Positions 1-10,285 of a DNA stretch of 64,000 nt are shown here, in pieces. Both the position numbers and the translations under genes were made by a program. The DNA comes from Waterburya sp. (GTDB taxonomy: Bacteria > Cyanobacteriota > Cyanobacteriia > Cyanobacteriales > Xenococcaceae). Location: assembly GCA_965217895.1 (NCBI GenBank), contig CBDCJV010000002.1:3680001-3744000 (forward strand), read 5' to 3'. Every line of letters begins with the position of its first letter. Within the stretch, counting starts at the first letter, position 1. The notes beneath the pieces were generated by a model that saw nothing but the letters and a program-made list of their open reading frames with translations, did not search any database and was not told where the DNA came from.

Positions 1-506
1 TACCTGTAATAGCATTTTATACTATTTATCAAATGTTAATTCAAGAAGTAGAAAGATACAGGGGCTGCAAGTTAAAAACTTTGGGTAGTCATACCGCATC
101 AGATCTTACTTCCAAATCAGCAGGAGACATAGAAATCTTTGATAAAAATAAAAAACTTATCGAAGCGATAGAAATCAAGCACGGTAAACCAATTAACTTA
201 CAAATGGTTTTAAATGCTAAAGACAAAATATTAAAGTACGATCCAAGAAGATACTATATATTTTCTGCTGCTGACATTCAAACAGAAGATAAAATTAAAA
301 TTCAAGATGAAGTTGAATTTATTATAAATAATCATGGGTGTCAGGTTATTGTTAATGGTATTATCCCCACACTTAAATATTATTTACGATTGATTTCTTC
401 AGTAGAAAAATTCGTTGAAGATTATTCTAAACTTGTAGAACAAGATCGAGAATTGCAGGCTATTCATAAAATCCAATGGAATGGTATTTTAAAAACTCTC
501 GAATAA
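1..506 (+). CDS. 3' part of a PD-(D/E)xK nuclease, probably a type II restriction endonuclease; start lies outside the window
   Basis: Frame is open from base 3 (PVIAFYTIYQMLIQE...). Motif SHTASD...AGDIEI...EAIEIKH fits a D...ExK catalytic pattern. Very AT-rich. Confidence 0.55.
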   Translation, partial: PVIAFYTIYQMLIQEVERYRGCKLKTLGSHTASDLTSKSAGDIEIFDKNKKLIEAIEIKHGKPINLQMVLNAKDKILKYDPRRYYIFSAADIQTEDKIKIQDEVEFIINNHGCQVIVNGIIPTLKYYLRLISSVEKFVEDYSKLVEQDRELQAIHKIQWNGILKTLE

Positions 507-605
507 CTTAAAAAAGGGCTGAACGTTTGTTTGCTAATTCTAACAAAAGCAATTAGTTCGCTAATGCGATCGCCAGCTTTGACAAATTTAGATTAAATCC
601 ATTGA

Positions 606-2315
606 ATGATTGACTGTCGTAATGTAAACACTCTGTGGGCATCGGTAATGGTTGAGACTCTATACCGCTGCGGATTAACCATGGCGATAATTTGTCCAGG
701 TTCCCGTTCAACACCTCTAGCTGTGGCATTTGCTCGACATCTTGGGGTAACAACTATACCAATTTTAGATGAGCGTTCAGCAGCCTTTTTTGCCCTTGGT
801 AGAGCCAAGAAAACTGGCTTGCCAACGGTTTTAGTCTGTACTTCGGGAACGGCGGGAGCAAACTTTTATCCCGCAGTCATTGAAGCGAATCAAAGCTGTA
901 TTCCCCTAATTATCTTAACTGCCGATCGCCCTCCAGAATTACGCTATTGTCATGCAGGGCAAACTATAGATCAGCTCCAGCTTTATGGCAATCTGCCCAA
1001 CTGGCAGGGTGAACTAGCATTACCCGAAGCTAATTTAGGTATGTTGCAATATCTGCGACAAAATATGATTCAAGCTTGGCAGCAGTCTCTTTTTCCCTAC
1101 CCAGGGGTGGTTCATCTAAATGTTCCTTTACGCGAACCCCTAGCACCAATTAAGCAGCACTTAGCTGAGATTGACCAAATTCCCGCAGATTTTTTTGATG
1201 CTGTGTCGCAAAATTCCTCTGGACATCCTGCCAAATTTACTAGCTATTTACCCTGGAATAGTTGGTTAAGTAAGTCAGGAATTATTATTGCAGGTTTAGC
1301 ACAACCTCAAGATCCTCAAGCTTATTGTCAGGCGATCGCCAATCTCTCAAAGTATCTCTCTTTTCCTGTCTTGGCAGAAGCTTTATCTCCCCTGAGAAAT
1401 TATGCTCGACTCAATCCTTATTTAATTTCCACCTATGATGCAATTTTGCGTCAGGATCGGGTAAGCAAAGAACTTATTCCTGAAGTGATTATTCAAATTG
1501 GTGAACTTCCCACCAGTAAACAGCTAAGAAACTGGCTCAACGATCTTGTTGTCGAACGCTGGATTATCGATACTCGGATTGAAAACTTAGATCCTCTCCA
1601 CGGAAAAACGATTCATGTTCACAGTTCAATTGAGCAAATTGCCCATAATCTGAATCCCCAGCTAGAAAACCGCCCTGGCTCAAAATACTGCCACCAATGG
1701 TGTGAATTAGAAACTGCAACCAGAACTAATTTAGATAACATTCTAAAATCTCTAGAGACAATGTACGAAGGTAAGGCTGCCTGGTTGCTTTCTCGTAGCT
1801 TACCATCAGCTACACCAATTTTCTTTGCCAACAGTATGTCTGTGCGTTATGCAGAATATTTTTGGCAACCAAATGACAATCATCTTGTTCCTTATTTTAG
1901 CCGAGGGGCAAATGGAATTGATGGCACTCTTTCTACCGCTTTAGGAATTGCCTATCAAGATACAGGGGTATTGTTAACAGGAGATTTAGCTTTACTACAT
2001 GATACTAATGGCTTTTTGCTCCATGATAAATTTCAAGGGCATTTAACTATCGTGCTGATTGATAATAATGGTGGCGGAATTTTTGAAATGTTACCGATCG
2101 CCGATTTCGCCTTATTTGAAGAATATTTTGCTACGCCTCAGTCAGTTAACTTTGCTCGATTGTGCGCTGCCTATGATGTCGAGCATAAATATGTAAATGA
2201 TTGGCAGCATTTACAAGAATTACTTGAAAATCTGCCGACAACAGGAATTAGAGTTTTAGAAGTTACTTGCGATCGCGCTCATGATGCTGCTTGGCTCAAA
2301 AACAATTTATCTTAA
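606..2315 (+). CDS. menD: SEPHCHC synthase (phylloquinone/menaquinone pathway)
   Basis: ICPGSRSTPL, DERSAAFFALG, CTSGTAGANFYPAVIEA, RGANGIDG, ThDP motif GDLALLHD...NNGGGIF. Confidence 0.97.
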   Translation: MIDCRNVNTLWASVMVETLYRCGLTMAIICPGSRSTPLAVAFARHLGVTTIPILDERSAAFFALGRAKKTGLPTVLVCTSGTAGANFYPAVIEANQSCIPLIILTADRPPELRYCHAGQTIDQLQLYGNLPNWQGELALPEANLGMLQYLRQNMIQAWQQSLFPYPGVVHLNVPLREPLAPIKQHLAEIDQIPADFFDAVSQNSSGHPAKFTSYLPWNSWLSKSGIIIAGLAQPQDPQAYCQAIANLSKYLSFPVLAEALSPLRNYARLNPYLISTYDAILRQDRVSKELIPEVIIQIGELPTSKQLRNWLNDLVVERWIIDTRIENLDPLHGKTIHVHSSIEQIAHNLNPQLENRPGSKYCHQWCELETATRTNLDNILKSLETMYEGKAAWLLSRSLPSATPIFFANSMSVRYAEYFWQPNDNHLVPYFSRGANGIDGTLSTALGIAYQDTGVLLTGDLALLHDTNGFLLHDKFQGHLTIVLIDNNGGGIFEMLPIADFALFEEYFATPQSVNFARLCAAYDVEHKYVNDWQHLQELLENLPTTGIRVLEVTCDRAHDAAWLKNNLS

Positions 2316-2335
2316 CCGATTAACCTACTGCGATA

Positions 2336-2765
2336 CTACGCATTGCCTATAACGTCAGCAGCTTCTGCCTCGGAAGATGCTGCTGGTTTGCTGACGAATA
2401 ATTTTGGTAACAGCAAGCCAGAACGTTCTTTATAGGCTGCAAACTCTGGATAACGAGCCAGAGATTTGTCTTTTTTGAGCATATTTGGTACAAAAATCAA
2501 AGCTGCAAATATACCCAGGATCAAAAAGGGTAGCCAATGCTGCGCCAGCATGGCAAAGCTGAGATAAATCAAAATTTCTCCCAGATAATTGGGGTTACGG
2601 CTACGGCTAAAAAAACCCTCGGTAATTAGCCTTTTTCTATGTTTTAAAGTAAAGTATTTTTGAGCATCGCTACCATAGTGCAGAAATACGCCCATAATAT
2701 TCATGGCGATCGCAGCACTAGTTAAAGGCAGACTAGGCTGTACACCACTGCTAATTAAAATAAAT
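2336..2765 (-). pseudogene. 5'-truncated DUF1295/ICMT-like membrane protein (C-terminal half only)
   Basis: FILISSGVQP...SDAQKYFTLK...LITEGFFSRSRNPNYLGEILIY is the C-terminal half of the family. The ORF upstream of ~2765 is intergenic sequence and the antisense of the SDR gene. Confidence 0.7.
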
Positions 2766-2804
2766 AAAATAAGAATTGGTAAAGCAGCGGTTGCTCTAAT
2801 TTCT

Positions 2805-3732
2805 ATGAATAAATCCACTTTCTGCGAGGTAATTTTAATTACAGGTGCTTCTAGTGGCATTGGTGCAGCATTAGCAGAAGTTTTGGCAAGCAAAGGTTCT
2901 GGGGTTAGCTTAGTCTTAGCATCCCGTAACCTATCTGCATTAGAAACCATAGCGAATAAGTGTCGTAGTCATAATGCTGATGTGCTAGTAATTCCTACCG
3001 ACTTGTCTAAGGTTGAACAGGTCAAGTCTTTGGCAGAAAAAACTATTGAACACTATGGAAAAGTTGACGTACTAGTAAATAATGCAGGCTATGGGCAAAT
3101 GGGCCCTGTAGAATTAATTCCTCCCGCAGCAGCCGAAAAGCAGTTTGCGGTTAATTTCCATGCACCTTTGGTGTTAATTCAGGCTTTAATTCCCTCCATG
3201 CGATCGCATGGAGGCGGTAAAATTATTAACGTTAGTTCTCTTGGTGGACGTATCCCTTTTCCCGCAGCGGATATGTATAGCTGTTCCAAATTTGCCCTAG
3301 AAGCCCTTAGTGACGTTTTGCGCATGGAGTTAAAGGCTTTTAACATCCAGGTTAGCGTCGTTGAACCTGGTCCTGTGGTGACTGACTTTTTTCGAGTAGC
3401 CTGGCAGGAAAATACAGGAGACAATACCTAACTACGAGCAAACTCCCTACTCACCTGTCTTTAAAAATATCGAAGCCATCGACTCTCAGCTAGATTTACT
3501 AGGCTGGAGTGCGGAAAAAACAGCTAGAGAGATCGCCAAAATAATCGCTAAATCACGCCCAAAACCACGCTATATTTTAGCTACAGGCGGTAATACCCTA
3601 GTTTTCTTGATGAACAAAATCCTACCCACCAGTGCCAGAGACGAATTCTGGAAACGCTTCTATGGCATCCACAAAATTCAATATCCTACACCACAAGCAG
3701 AGCGTTTAAAAACAAGACAGAAGTTATATTAA
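2805..3732 (+). pseudogene. Short-chain dehydrogenase/reductase with a +1 frameshift near 3408 (or a sequencing error)
   Basis: TGASSGIG, NNAG and YSCSK motifs. Frame stops at 3431, but the shifted frame continues KIQETIPNYEQTPY...KPRYILATGG...FWKRFYG to TAA at 3732. Confidence 0.85.
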
Positions 3733-3765
3733 ATCTGCTACATGGAAAAGTATCTTCAACAATGA

Positions 3766-3803
3766 GTTCGTAGTTTGTGGTTTGTAGTTCGTAGTTCGTA
3801 GTC
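3766..3803. repeat. STRR-type heptamer tract (TAGTTCG/TAGTTTG)
   Basis: agttcgtagtttgtggtttgtagttcgtagttcgtagt; related tracts at ~42641-42660 and ~45896-45930. Confidence 0.75.
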
Positions 3804-3815
3804 CAAGAAAACTGC

Positions 3816-3880
3816 CCTAACTGCCACCCTCGCGCGTTCCCTTGCGCCTAACGGCGACGCGGGGTCGCTCGTCTAACTGT
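3816..3880 (-). repeat. Small dispersed GC-rich repeat, copy 1
   Basis: Reverse complement matches 33378-33442 at 58/65 nt (aligned by hand). Confidence 0.9.
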
Positions 3881-3881
3881 C

Positions 3882-4634
3882 CTAGTTATTCATCCGACTA
3901 AGAAAAGCCTTGAGACGATCGCACTGAGGGTTGGTTAATATCTCTTTAGCGTTTCCCTGTTCTTCTACCACTCCTTGATTAAGAAAAAGAACTTGGTTGG
4001 CAACTTCGCGGGCAAACTGCATCTCGTGGGTAACTACTACCATTGTCATCCCTTCTTCAGCTAGCTGCTTCATTACGGTTAATACTTCCCCGACTAGTTC
4101 TGGATCTAGCGCGCTAGTAGGTTCATCAAATAAAAGAATTTCAGGCTTCATACAGAGGCTACGGGCGATCGCTACTCGTTGCTTTTGTCCCCCAGATAGC
4201 TGTTCGGGATAGGAGTTAGCTTTACTGCTCAAACCTACCTTATCTAGATAGTGTAAGGCGCGATCGCGACATTCTGCTTTTGATTCCTTTAACACTTCAC
4301 CAGGAGCTAGCATCAAGTTTTGCAACACGCTTAGGTGCGGAAATAAATTAAACTGCTGAAAAACCATGCCTACTTTAGTTCTTAGCTGCTTTAGCTTTTG
4401 TGAGCTAATTTTGGGTTGGGAAAGATCGATCCCCATTACATTTAACTTTCCGCCATTAATAGCTTCTAAGCGATTACAACAGCGTAATAAAGTGCTTTTT
4501 CCACAGCCAGAAGTGCCAATGATTGAGACAACATCACCCTTGTAAAGAGATGCGGTAATTCCGCGGAGCACCTCTAATGAACCATAGCTTTTTCTAAGAT
4601 TATCAAAGGAAACAACAGGAGCAGCAGTAGACAT
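3882..4634 (-). CDS. bgtA: Polar amino-acid ABC transporter ATPase (BgtA/GlnQ-like)
   Basis: Walker [46 protein letters not shown]; divergent from an SBP-permease fusion. Confidence 0.85.
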   Translation of the reverse strand: MSTAAPVVSFDNLRKSYGSLEVLRGITASLYKGDVVSIIGTSGCGKSTLLRCCNRLEAINGGKLNVMGIDLSQPKISSQKLKQLRTKVGMVFQQFNLFPHLSVLQNLMLAPGEVLKESKAECRDRALHYLDKVGLSSKANSYPEQLSGGQKQRVAIARSLCMKPEILLFDEPTSALDPELVGEVLTVMKQLAEEGMTMVVVTHEMQFAREVANQVLFLNQGVVEEQGNAKEILTNPQCDRLKAFLSRMNN

Positions 4635-4667
4635 AATATTTCACTTTACAAAGTAATTCTAAAGGGA

Positions 4668-4709
4668 AAAATAGCTTATTTGTTTTTAATTAACTGTCAA
4701 ATTAATTAC
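4668..4709 (-). promoter_or_regulatory. Possible NtcA class II promoter for bgtA
   Basis: Minus strand GTA-ATTAATTT-GAC (4709-4696; 5/6 match), then 22 nt, then TATTTT (TAN3T). The AT-rich context weakens this. Confidence 0.4.
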
Positions 4710-5009
4710 ATTTATTATATTGCTTTATGGTCATAATTTAGCCAAATCAAAGCTTAATCTACTGCATTTTATTAAATGTATCTAAAAATATACATTTTTA
4801 AGTACATTTTGTTCCAGGCGAACAAAAAAGATACCTAATAACGTATTGTAATTAAATCAGGAAAATAGTAGGCAGAGCTTAGTCCAAAATATTAATTGTT
4901 ATGAACCCATAAATATATTTAAACATTTGTTAATAGCTTTTAATAGCGAAATTCCTTTGTTTACTCTTATTTAGAAATAGATTGGAATCAAGAATAATTA
5001 TGGATAATT

Positions 5010-6554
5010 ATGAATCAAAATAAATTGATTTTTTGGTTACGAAGGTTAGGTTTAAGTTTAGTCGGACTACTATTAGTGACTAGCTTGAACAATTATTTAC
5101 TTGCCCCGCTTCATGCTCAGGGAGTTTTAAGAGTAGGAACAGAACCTGCCTTTCCGCCTTTTGAAATGCAGGCACCAAATGGCAAAGGTTTTACGGGGTT
5201 TGATATAGATTTATTCAGAGCAATTGGTGAAGAAAGTGGTTTGGATATTCAGTTTCAAAGTATGCCCTTTGATGGACTGATTCCCGCGTTGCAGGCAAAA
5301 AATATTGATGCAGCAATTAGCGGCATGACTATTACGCCAGAGCGCGCTCAAACCATCGATTTTACTCGCCCTTATTTTCAATCTGGTTTGGCGATCGCCG
5401 TTAGAAAAGATGACAAAGGGAAAATCAAAAGCTTTGATGACTTAGAAAACAAAAAGGTTGCCGTTGCCATTGGGACAACAGGAGCGCAAGAAGCCCAAAA
5501 AATACCAGGAGTAGCGGTTTCTACCTTTGATAATTCTGCCTTAGCTCTTCAAGAATTAAGCAATGGTAATGTAGATGCAGTAGTTAACGATGCCCCTGTT
5601 ACTCTTTATGCCATCAAAGTTGGCAATCTTGGTAATGTTGAGGTGGTTGGGGAATTATTAACCGAGGAATATTACGGAATTGCTTTACCCAAGGGTTCTC
5701 CCAATTTAAAAAAAGTTAATGCTGCCATAGATGAATTGCTCAAAGGTGATAAATATCGCGAACTGTATCAAAAATGGTTTGCAGGAGAGCCACCCAAGTT
5801 GCCTTTAGTTGCTCCAGCTCTAGAAGGTGAAGGTGCGACATTTAGCTGGGGAAAAATGCTGCCTACACTTTTGCGGGGAGCTTTAGTGACAATAATGCTG
5901 ACGGCTTTTGCGACATTTTTTGGCACTATCGTCGGAACTTTACTGGCAACAGCCTCCATCTCAGACTTTAAACCTTTGGGTTGGTTCAGTCGTATCTATG
6001 TAGATTTCTTTCGCGGTACGCCTTTGCTAGTACAGATCTTCATGATTTACTTTGGCTTACCTTCTCTCTTGCAGGGAGCAGGCTTAGACTTTACCTTTAA
6101 TCGCTTTGCTGCTGCGGTTACGGCTTTGAGTCTCAATTCTGCTGCCTATTTAGCCGAAATTATTCGCGGTGGTATTCAATCAATCGATATAGGACAGTGG
6201 GAAGCCTCCCAGTCGATGGGTATGGGATGGGTGCAAACCATGCGCCACATAATTTTCCCCCAGGCTTTTCGTCGGATGTTACCTCCTTTGGGCAATGAGT
6301 TTATTACCCTGCTCAAAGACACTAGCTTGGTAGCAATTATTGGTTTTGAAGAACTATTTCGTCAGGGACAACTAATGGTGGCAACAACCTATCGTGCCTT
6401 TCAAATATATGCAGCAGTAGCGTTGATCTATTTGATTTTGACCTTTATCGCTTCTAGAGTCTTTAGCTGGCTAGAAAAACGGCTCAACCCTGTGCGTCGT
6501 GCCAATAAAAAAGAAGCAAAACTTGCTTCTAATTCAGAACAATTAGCAGGTTAA
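5010..6554 (+). CDS. bgtB: Fused substrate-binding/permease subunit of a basic amino acid/glutamine ABC transporter
   Basis: SBP_bac_3 domain (VGTEPAFPPFE, FDGLIPAL, AISGMTITPER) fused to HisM-type permease (FRGTPLLVQ, AEIIRGGI, LLKDTSL). Confidence 0.9.
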   Translation: MNQNKLIFWLRRLGLSLVGLLLVTSLNNYLLAPLHAQGVLRVGTEPAFPPFEMQAPNGKGFTGFDIDLFRAIGEESGLDIQFQSMPFDGLIPALQAKNIDAAISGMTITPERAQTIDFTRPYFQSGLAIAVRKDDKGKIKSFDDLENKKVAVAIGTTGAQEAQKIPGVAVSTFDNSALALQELSNGNVDAVVNDAPVTLYAIKVGNLGNVEVVGELLTEEYYGIALPKGSPNLKKVNAAIDELLKGDKYRELYQKWFAGEPPKLPLVAPALEGEGATFSWGKMLPTLLRGALVTIMLTAFATFFGTIVGTLLATASISDFKPLGWFSRIYVDFFRGTPLLVQIFMIYFGLPSLLQGAGLDFTFNRFAAAVTALSLNSAAYLAEIIRGGIQSIDIGQWEASQSMGMGWVQTMRHIIFPQAFRRMLPPLGNEFITLLKDTSLVAIIGFEELFRQGQLMVATTYRAFQIYAAVALIYLILTFIASRVFSWLEKRLNPVRRANKKEAKLASNSEQLAG

Positions 6555-6592
6555 TTACGACAGTTAAGACAATTAGTCAGGTGTGAGAAATT

Positions 6593-8146
6593 ATGTTCAA
6601 TCATGTATTTAATTTGCTCCCTATGGGTGCAATAGCTTTGGGTGTAGTTTTGGTAACGGGCGATCGCGCGATCGCTGTACCTTTAGATGAAGACAAAAAC
6701 AGTCTAGGACAGGTTACTAACGTCCAGCAACTAAGGGATGTTGCCCCTACAGACTGGGCGTATGAAGCCTTGCGGAGTTTGGTAGATCGCTATGGCTGTA
6801 TTGCTGGCTATCCTAATCAAACATTTCGCGGTAGTCAGCCTTTAACTCGCTATGAGTTTGCAGCAGGATTAAATAGTTGCCTAAATCAAATTGAACGTTT
6901 GATTGCCAGTTCTGGTTCAGTCTCAGACGAAGATCTTGCCACTATACAGCGATTAAGCCAGGAGTATAAGGCAGAATTAGCTACCATAGGCGGTAGAGTC
7001 GATGAACTTGAAAGCCGAACTACTGCTGTAGAAGACACTGCTTTTTCTACTACCACTAAACTAAATGCTGAGATTGTCAGCTACGCCTTAGGAACATTTG
7101 GCGGTCAAAAGCCAGACGGCACCGATGTTGACAATCAAATTACCTTGAGCAGTCAAGTTCGCCTTAATTTTGACAGTAGCTTTACGGGAGACGATTTATT
7201 GAGAGTTCGCTTACAGGCGCGAAACATTACCAGTCCTTCCACATCTGGCGGCAGTAATGCTCTGGCTTTGAATTATGAAGGTGATAGTGGTAACAGCTTT
7301 GAAATAAATGCTTTCTACTACAGATTTCCTATTGGTGAAAAACTCACAGGTTTCGTTGGTGCTAATGGTGCTGATGTCGATGATTTTTTTGATGTCGCTC
7401 CCACGATGGGACTAGCCTATGACTCTCTCTCTCTATTTAGTGCTTACAATAATTTAATTTATGATAACGCTAATGGTGGTAGTGCTGCTGTTGGTTTAGA
7501 TTATGATTTCACAGATGCGGTAAATTTAGCAGTAGGCTACTGGGCAACCAGCCCCGCCGACTCTACGCCTGGCAATGGCTTATTTAATGGTAACTATGTT
7601 ACTGGTGCAAATCTCAATATAGCTCTTTTAGACGATCGCTTGAACTTGGCATTAGCTTACCTAAGAGCTTATCAGGGTGCTGAAACTGACTACAATTTGG
7701 CTGGCTTTGTGGGGACACCGGCAGCATCAGATCCTTTTGAAAATCGCGCCAATTCCTCCAATAATTATGGTTTGGCTGCTAGTTTTCAGGTTTTAGAACC
7801 CCTTACAGTAGGCGGATATGTTGGCTATACTACCGCATCAACGATTGATGACAATGCCAATGCGGATATTTTAAACTGGAATGCTTACCTCACCTATAGC
7901 GATCTGTTAAAAGAAGGCTCGACTTTTATCGTTAGTTTTGGTCAAACGCCAACTTTAACTGGTTCTGGTGGCGATGCCTTGCCAGATGACGCAAATAACC
8001 CTTATTTGCTTGACGTAGAATATCAATATAACCTCAACGATTTTATTATGCTTACCCCTGGTGGCTACGTTCTATTTAATCCTGATGGCAACTCTAATAA
8101 CGACACTCTTTATGTTGGCACTATACGAACCATTTTTAGATTCTAG
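6593..8146 (+). CDS. Cyanobacterial SLH-domain porin (OprB/Som family)
   Basis: [39 protein letters not shown], coiled coil, FSTTTKL, C-terminal RTIFRF. Confidence 0.95.
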   Translation: MFNHVFNLLPMGAIALGVVLVTGDRAIAVPLDEDKNSLGQVTNVQQLRDVAPTDWAYEALRSLVDRYGCIAGYPNQTFRGSQPLTRYEFAAGLNSCLNQIERLIASSGSVSDEDLATIQRLSQEYKAELATIGGRVDELESRTTAVEDTAFSTTTKLNAEIVSYALGTFGGQKPDGTDVDNQITLSSQVRLNFDSSFTGDDLLRVRLQARNITSPSTSGGSNALALNYEGDSGNSFEINAFYYRFPIGEKLTGFVGANGADVDDFFDVAPTMGLAYDSLSLFSAYNNLIYDNANGGSAAVGLDYDFTDAVNLAVGYWATSPADSTPGNGLFNGNYVTGANLNIALLDDRLNLALAYLRAYQGAETDYNLAGFVGTPAASDPFENRANSSNNYGLAASFQVLEPLTVGGYVGYTTASTIDDNANADILNWNAYLTYSDLLKEGSTFIVSFGQTPTLTGSGGDALPDDANNPYLLDVEYQYNLNDFIMLTPGGYVLFNPDGNSNNDTLYVGTIRTIFRF

Positions 8147-10170
8147 AGATTAGAAATTGCGCCCCTAGCCATATCGGCGATCGCCTTATCCGTCGCTTTA
8201 GGTAAATGATAGTATGTTCCCCCAGCCTGCTTGGCTAGTTCCTTGGCAAATCCAGTCGAGACAAAACGGCTTTCTGTATCAATTACCAGCAGCTTCATGC
8301 CTAAAGCGCGGATCTTTCCCGCAATACTCAGCAATTCCTCTTTGATGTTCGGTTTTTCTGCTCCTGCTTCTGGAACTTCCCCCAAGGAACGAGACAGAGG
8401 AATATTACCTCGACCGTCGGTAATGGCTACAATAACTACCTGTCCAATATCTCCCGACATTTGGGCGTTAATGCCTACGTTTACCGCTTGGGTTAAACCA
8501 TGAGATAAAGGCGAGCCTCCACCACAGGGAAGGCTTTCTAACCTGCCTTTTGCCATAGTGATTGAGCGGGTAGGAGGTAACAAAACATCAGCCCGTTCAC
8601 CACGGAAAGGAATTAAAGATATTTGGTCGCGGTTTTCGTATGCTTCTGTCAAAAGGCGCATCACCGCACCTTTAGCTGACTGCATTCTATTTAGTGCCAT
8701 TGAACCAGAGGCATCAACTACAAAAATAATTAACGAACCAGCCTTGCGTGCCATACGCTTAGAGCGTAAATCGCTTTGCTCAACAATGACATTGCGCCCT
8801 GGATTACGTTCTCGCCTAGCTTTTTGGTAAGGGGCAGCATTACGCAGAGTGGCATCTATGGCAATCCTTTTGACTTTGCCCTTGGGAATCATCGGCTTAA
8901 TATAGCGTCCGCGATCCTCTGAAAAGATTAAATTCCGCGCTCCAGATTTACCCTGACGCTGCATAGTTTGGGCAAAGGTAAGCACTTCTGGATCTAATAC
9001 CACCCCTTCAATATCAAAGACAAACTCATCAGGAATAGCAGGAGGTTCTTGTTCTTGTTCGGGTTCTTCTTGCTCTTCTTCTGGTTCATCCTCATCCCGA
9101 TCCCGATCGGATTCCTCATCAGGCTGCTGCTGTTCGGGTGGCGGTGGTGGTGGTGGCGCGTCGTCAGGAGGTGCTTCGATAGTAGTGGCGCGAGGAACAA
9201 TTACTAATTCTACCGCTTTGCGCAAATCATCGGCAGTAACGTTATCTCTACCGTCTAAGGCTGCACAGGCTTTGGCTACCCGAACGGCAAATAGTTCGGC
9301 TCGATGTCCTTCTACTGTTCCCCGGACGGCTTCTTGAACTAAATAGAGTATTTGCTCGTGAGTTATTTTGACTTCCTTAAGCCATTCCCGCGCCAAAATA
9401 ATATCAGTTTGAAGACTATCGGTGTCTTTTTCATAGGCATTGACAAATTCTTGGGGAGAACTGGTAAAGTCGATCGCCTGATTTACTGCTTCTACTCTTT
9501 GTTCGAGGGATAACACTCCATCAGCCGAAAGAGCGATCGCAATACGATCTAAAAGATGCTCCCGCAGTACTCCTTCTTCAGGATTATAGGTAGCAATGAG
9601 AATTGGTTTACAGGGATGCTGAAAGCTAATGCCTTCGCGTTCAATTACATTACGTCCATCGGTTAAAACTGTCAGTAGTTGATTGGCAATTTGCTCGTCT
9701 AAAAGATTAATCTCATCAATATACAAAACCCCACGATGCGCCTGAGCCAGTAACCCTGGTTGAAATATAGGTTCGCCCTGCTTAACTGACTCCTCTACAT
9801 CCACTGAGCCAAGTAATCTGTCTTCTGTGACTCCCAAGGGGATCTGCACAAAAGGCGCAGGCACAATTTGAGTCGGAATATCTTCTAAAGCCATATCGCC
9901 ATACTGAACAACGGTATCGTCATCCCAATTTTGGGGCTTAGACGGATCGCAGTTGTAAAGAGAACCCTTAATAACTTCTATCGGGGGCAAAAGATTGTAA
10001 ATCGCCCGTGCCATAACCGATTTAGCTGTTCCTCGGCGACCAGCGATCGCTACTCCTCCCAGTTCTGGATCGATAGCCGATAACAATAAAGCCAGCTTGA
10101 TAGATTCTTGTCCAACAACGGCAGTTAAGGGAAAGTTGAAGTTTTTAAAGGCAGTAGTTACAGCAGGCAT
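8143..10170 (-). CDS. chlD: Magnesium chelatase subunit D
   Basis: AAA-like N-domain (GRRGTAKS), Pro/acidic linker, vWA domain (DASGSM). Confidence 0.97.
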   Translation of the reverse strand: MPAVTTAFKNFNFPLTAVVGQESIKLALLLSAIDPELGGVAIAGRRGTAKSVMARAIYNLLPPIEVIKGSLYNCDPSKPQNWDDDTVVQYGDMALEDIPTQIVPAPFVQIPLGVTEDRLLGSVDVEESVKQGEPIFQPGLLAQAHRGVLYIDEINLLDEQIANQLLTVLTDGRNVIEREGISFQHPCKPILIATYNPEEGVLREHLLDRIAIALSADGVLSLEQRVEAVNQAIDFTSSPQEFVNAYEKDTDSLQTDIILAREWLKEVKITHEQILYLVQEAVRGTVEGHRAELFAVRVAKACAALDGRDNVTADDLRKAVELVIVPRATTIEAPPDDAPPPPPPPEQQQPDEESDRDRDEDEPEEEQEEPEQEQEPPAIPDEFVFDIEGVVLDPEVLTFAQTMQRQGKSGARNLIFSEDRGRYIKPMIPKGKVKRIAIDATLRNAAPYQKARRERNPGRNVIVEQSDLRSKRMARKAGSLIIFVVDASGSMALNRMQSAKGAVMRLLTEAYENRDQISLIPFRGERADVLLPPTRSITMAKGRLESLPCGGGSPLSHGLTQAVNVGINAQMSGDIGQVVIVAITDGRGNIPLSRSLGEVPEAGAEKPNIKEELLSIAGKIRALGMKLLVIDTESRFVSTGFAKELAKQAGGTYYHLPKATDKAIADMARGAISNL

Positions 10171-10285
10171 AGCGATCGCTTGGGAATTTCTTGAGGCTAA
10201 TAAAACCTAGTAACTCACTGTAATCTATTTAGGGGGTCAAACTCAAAGCAATAGTTGAGCTATTGAGTATTTAATTGGATAGTAG

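Noticed and set aside
2703..2804. N-terminal extension of the SDR ORF from ATG 2703, and the 204-aa minus ORF from 2950
   Set aside because: Each extension is the antisense of the other gene. The SDR motif begins just after ATG 2805.
4775..4797. AAATGTA-N10-TACATTT palindrome as an NtcA site
   Set aside because: The spacer is 10 nt rather than 8; it may bind something else, but there is no support
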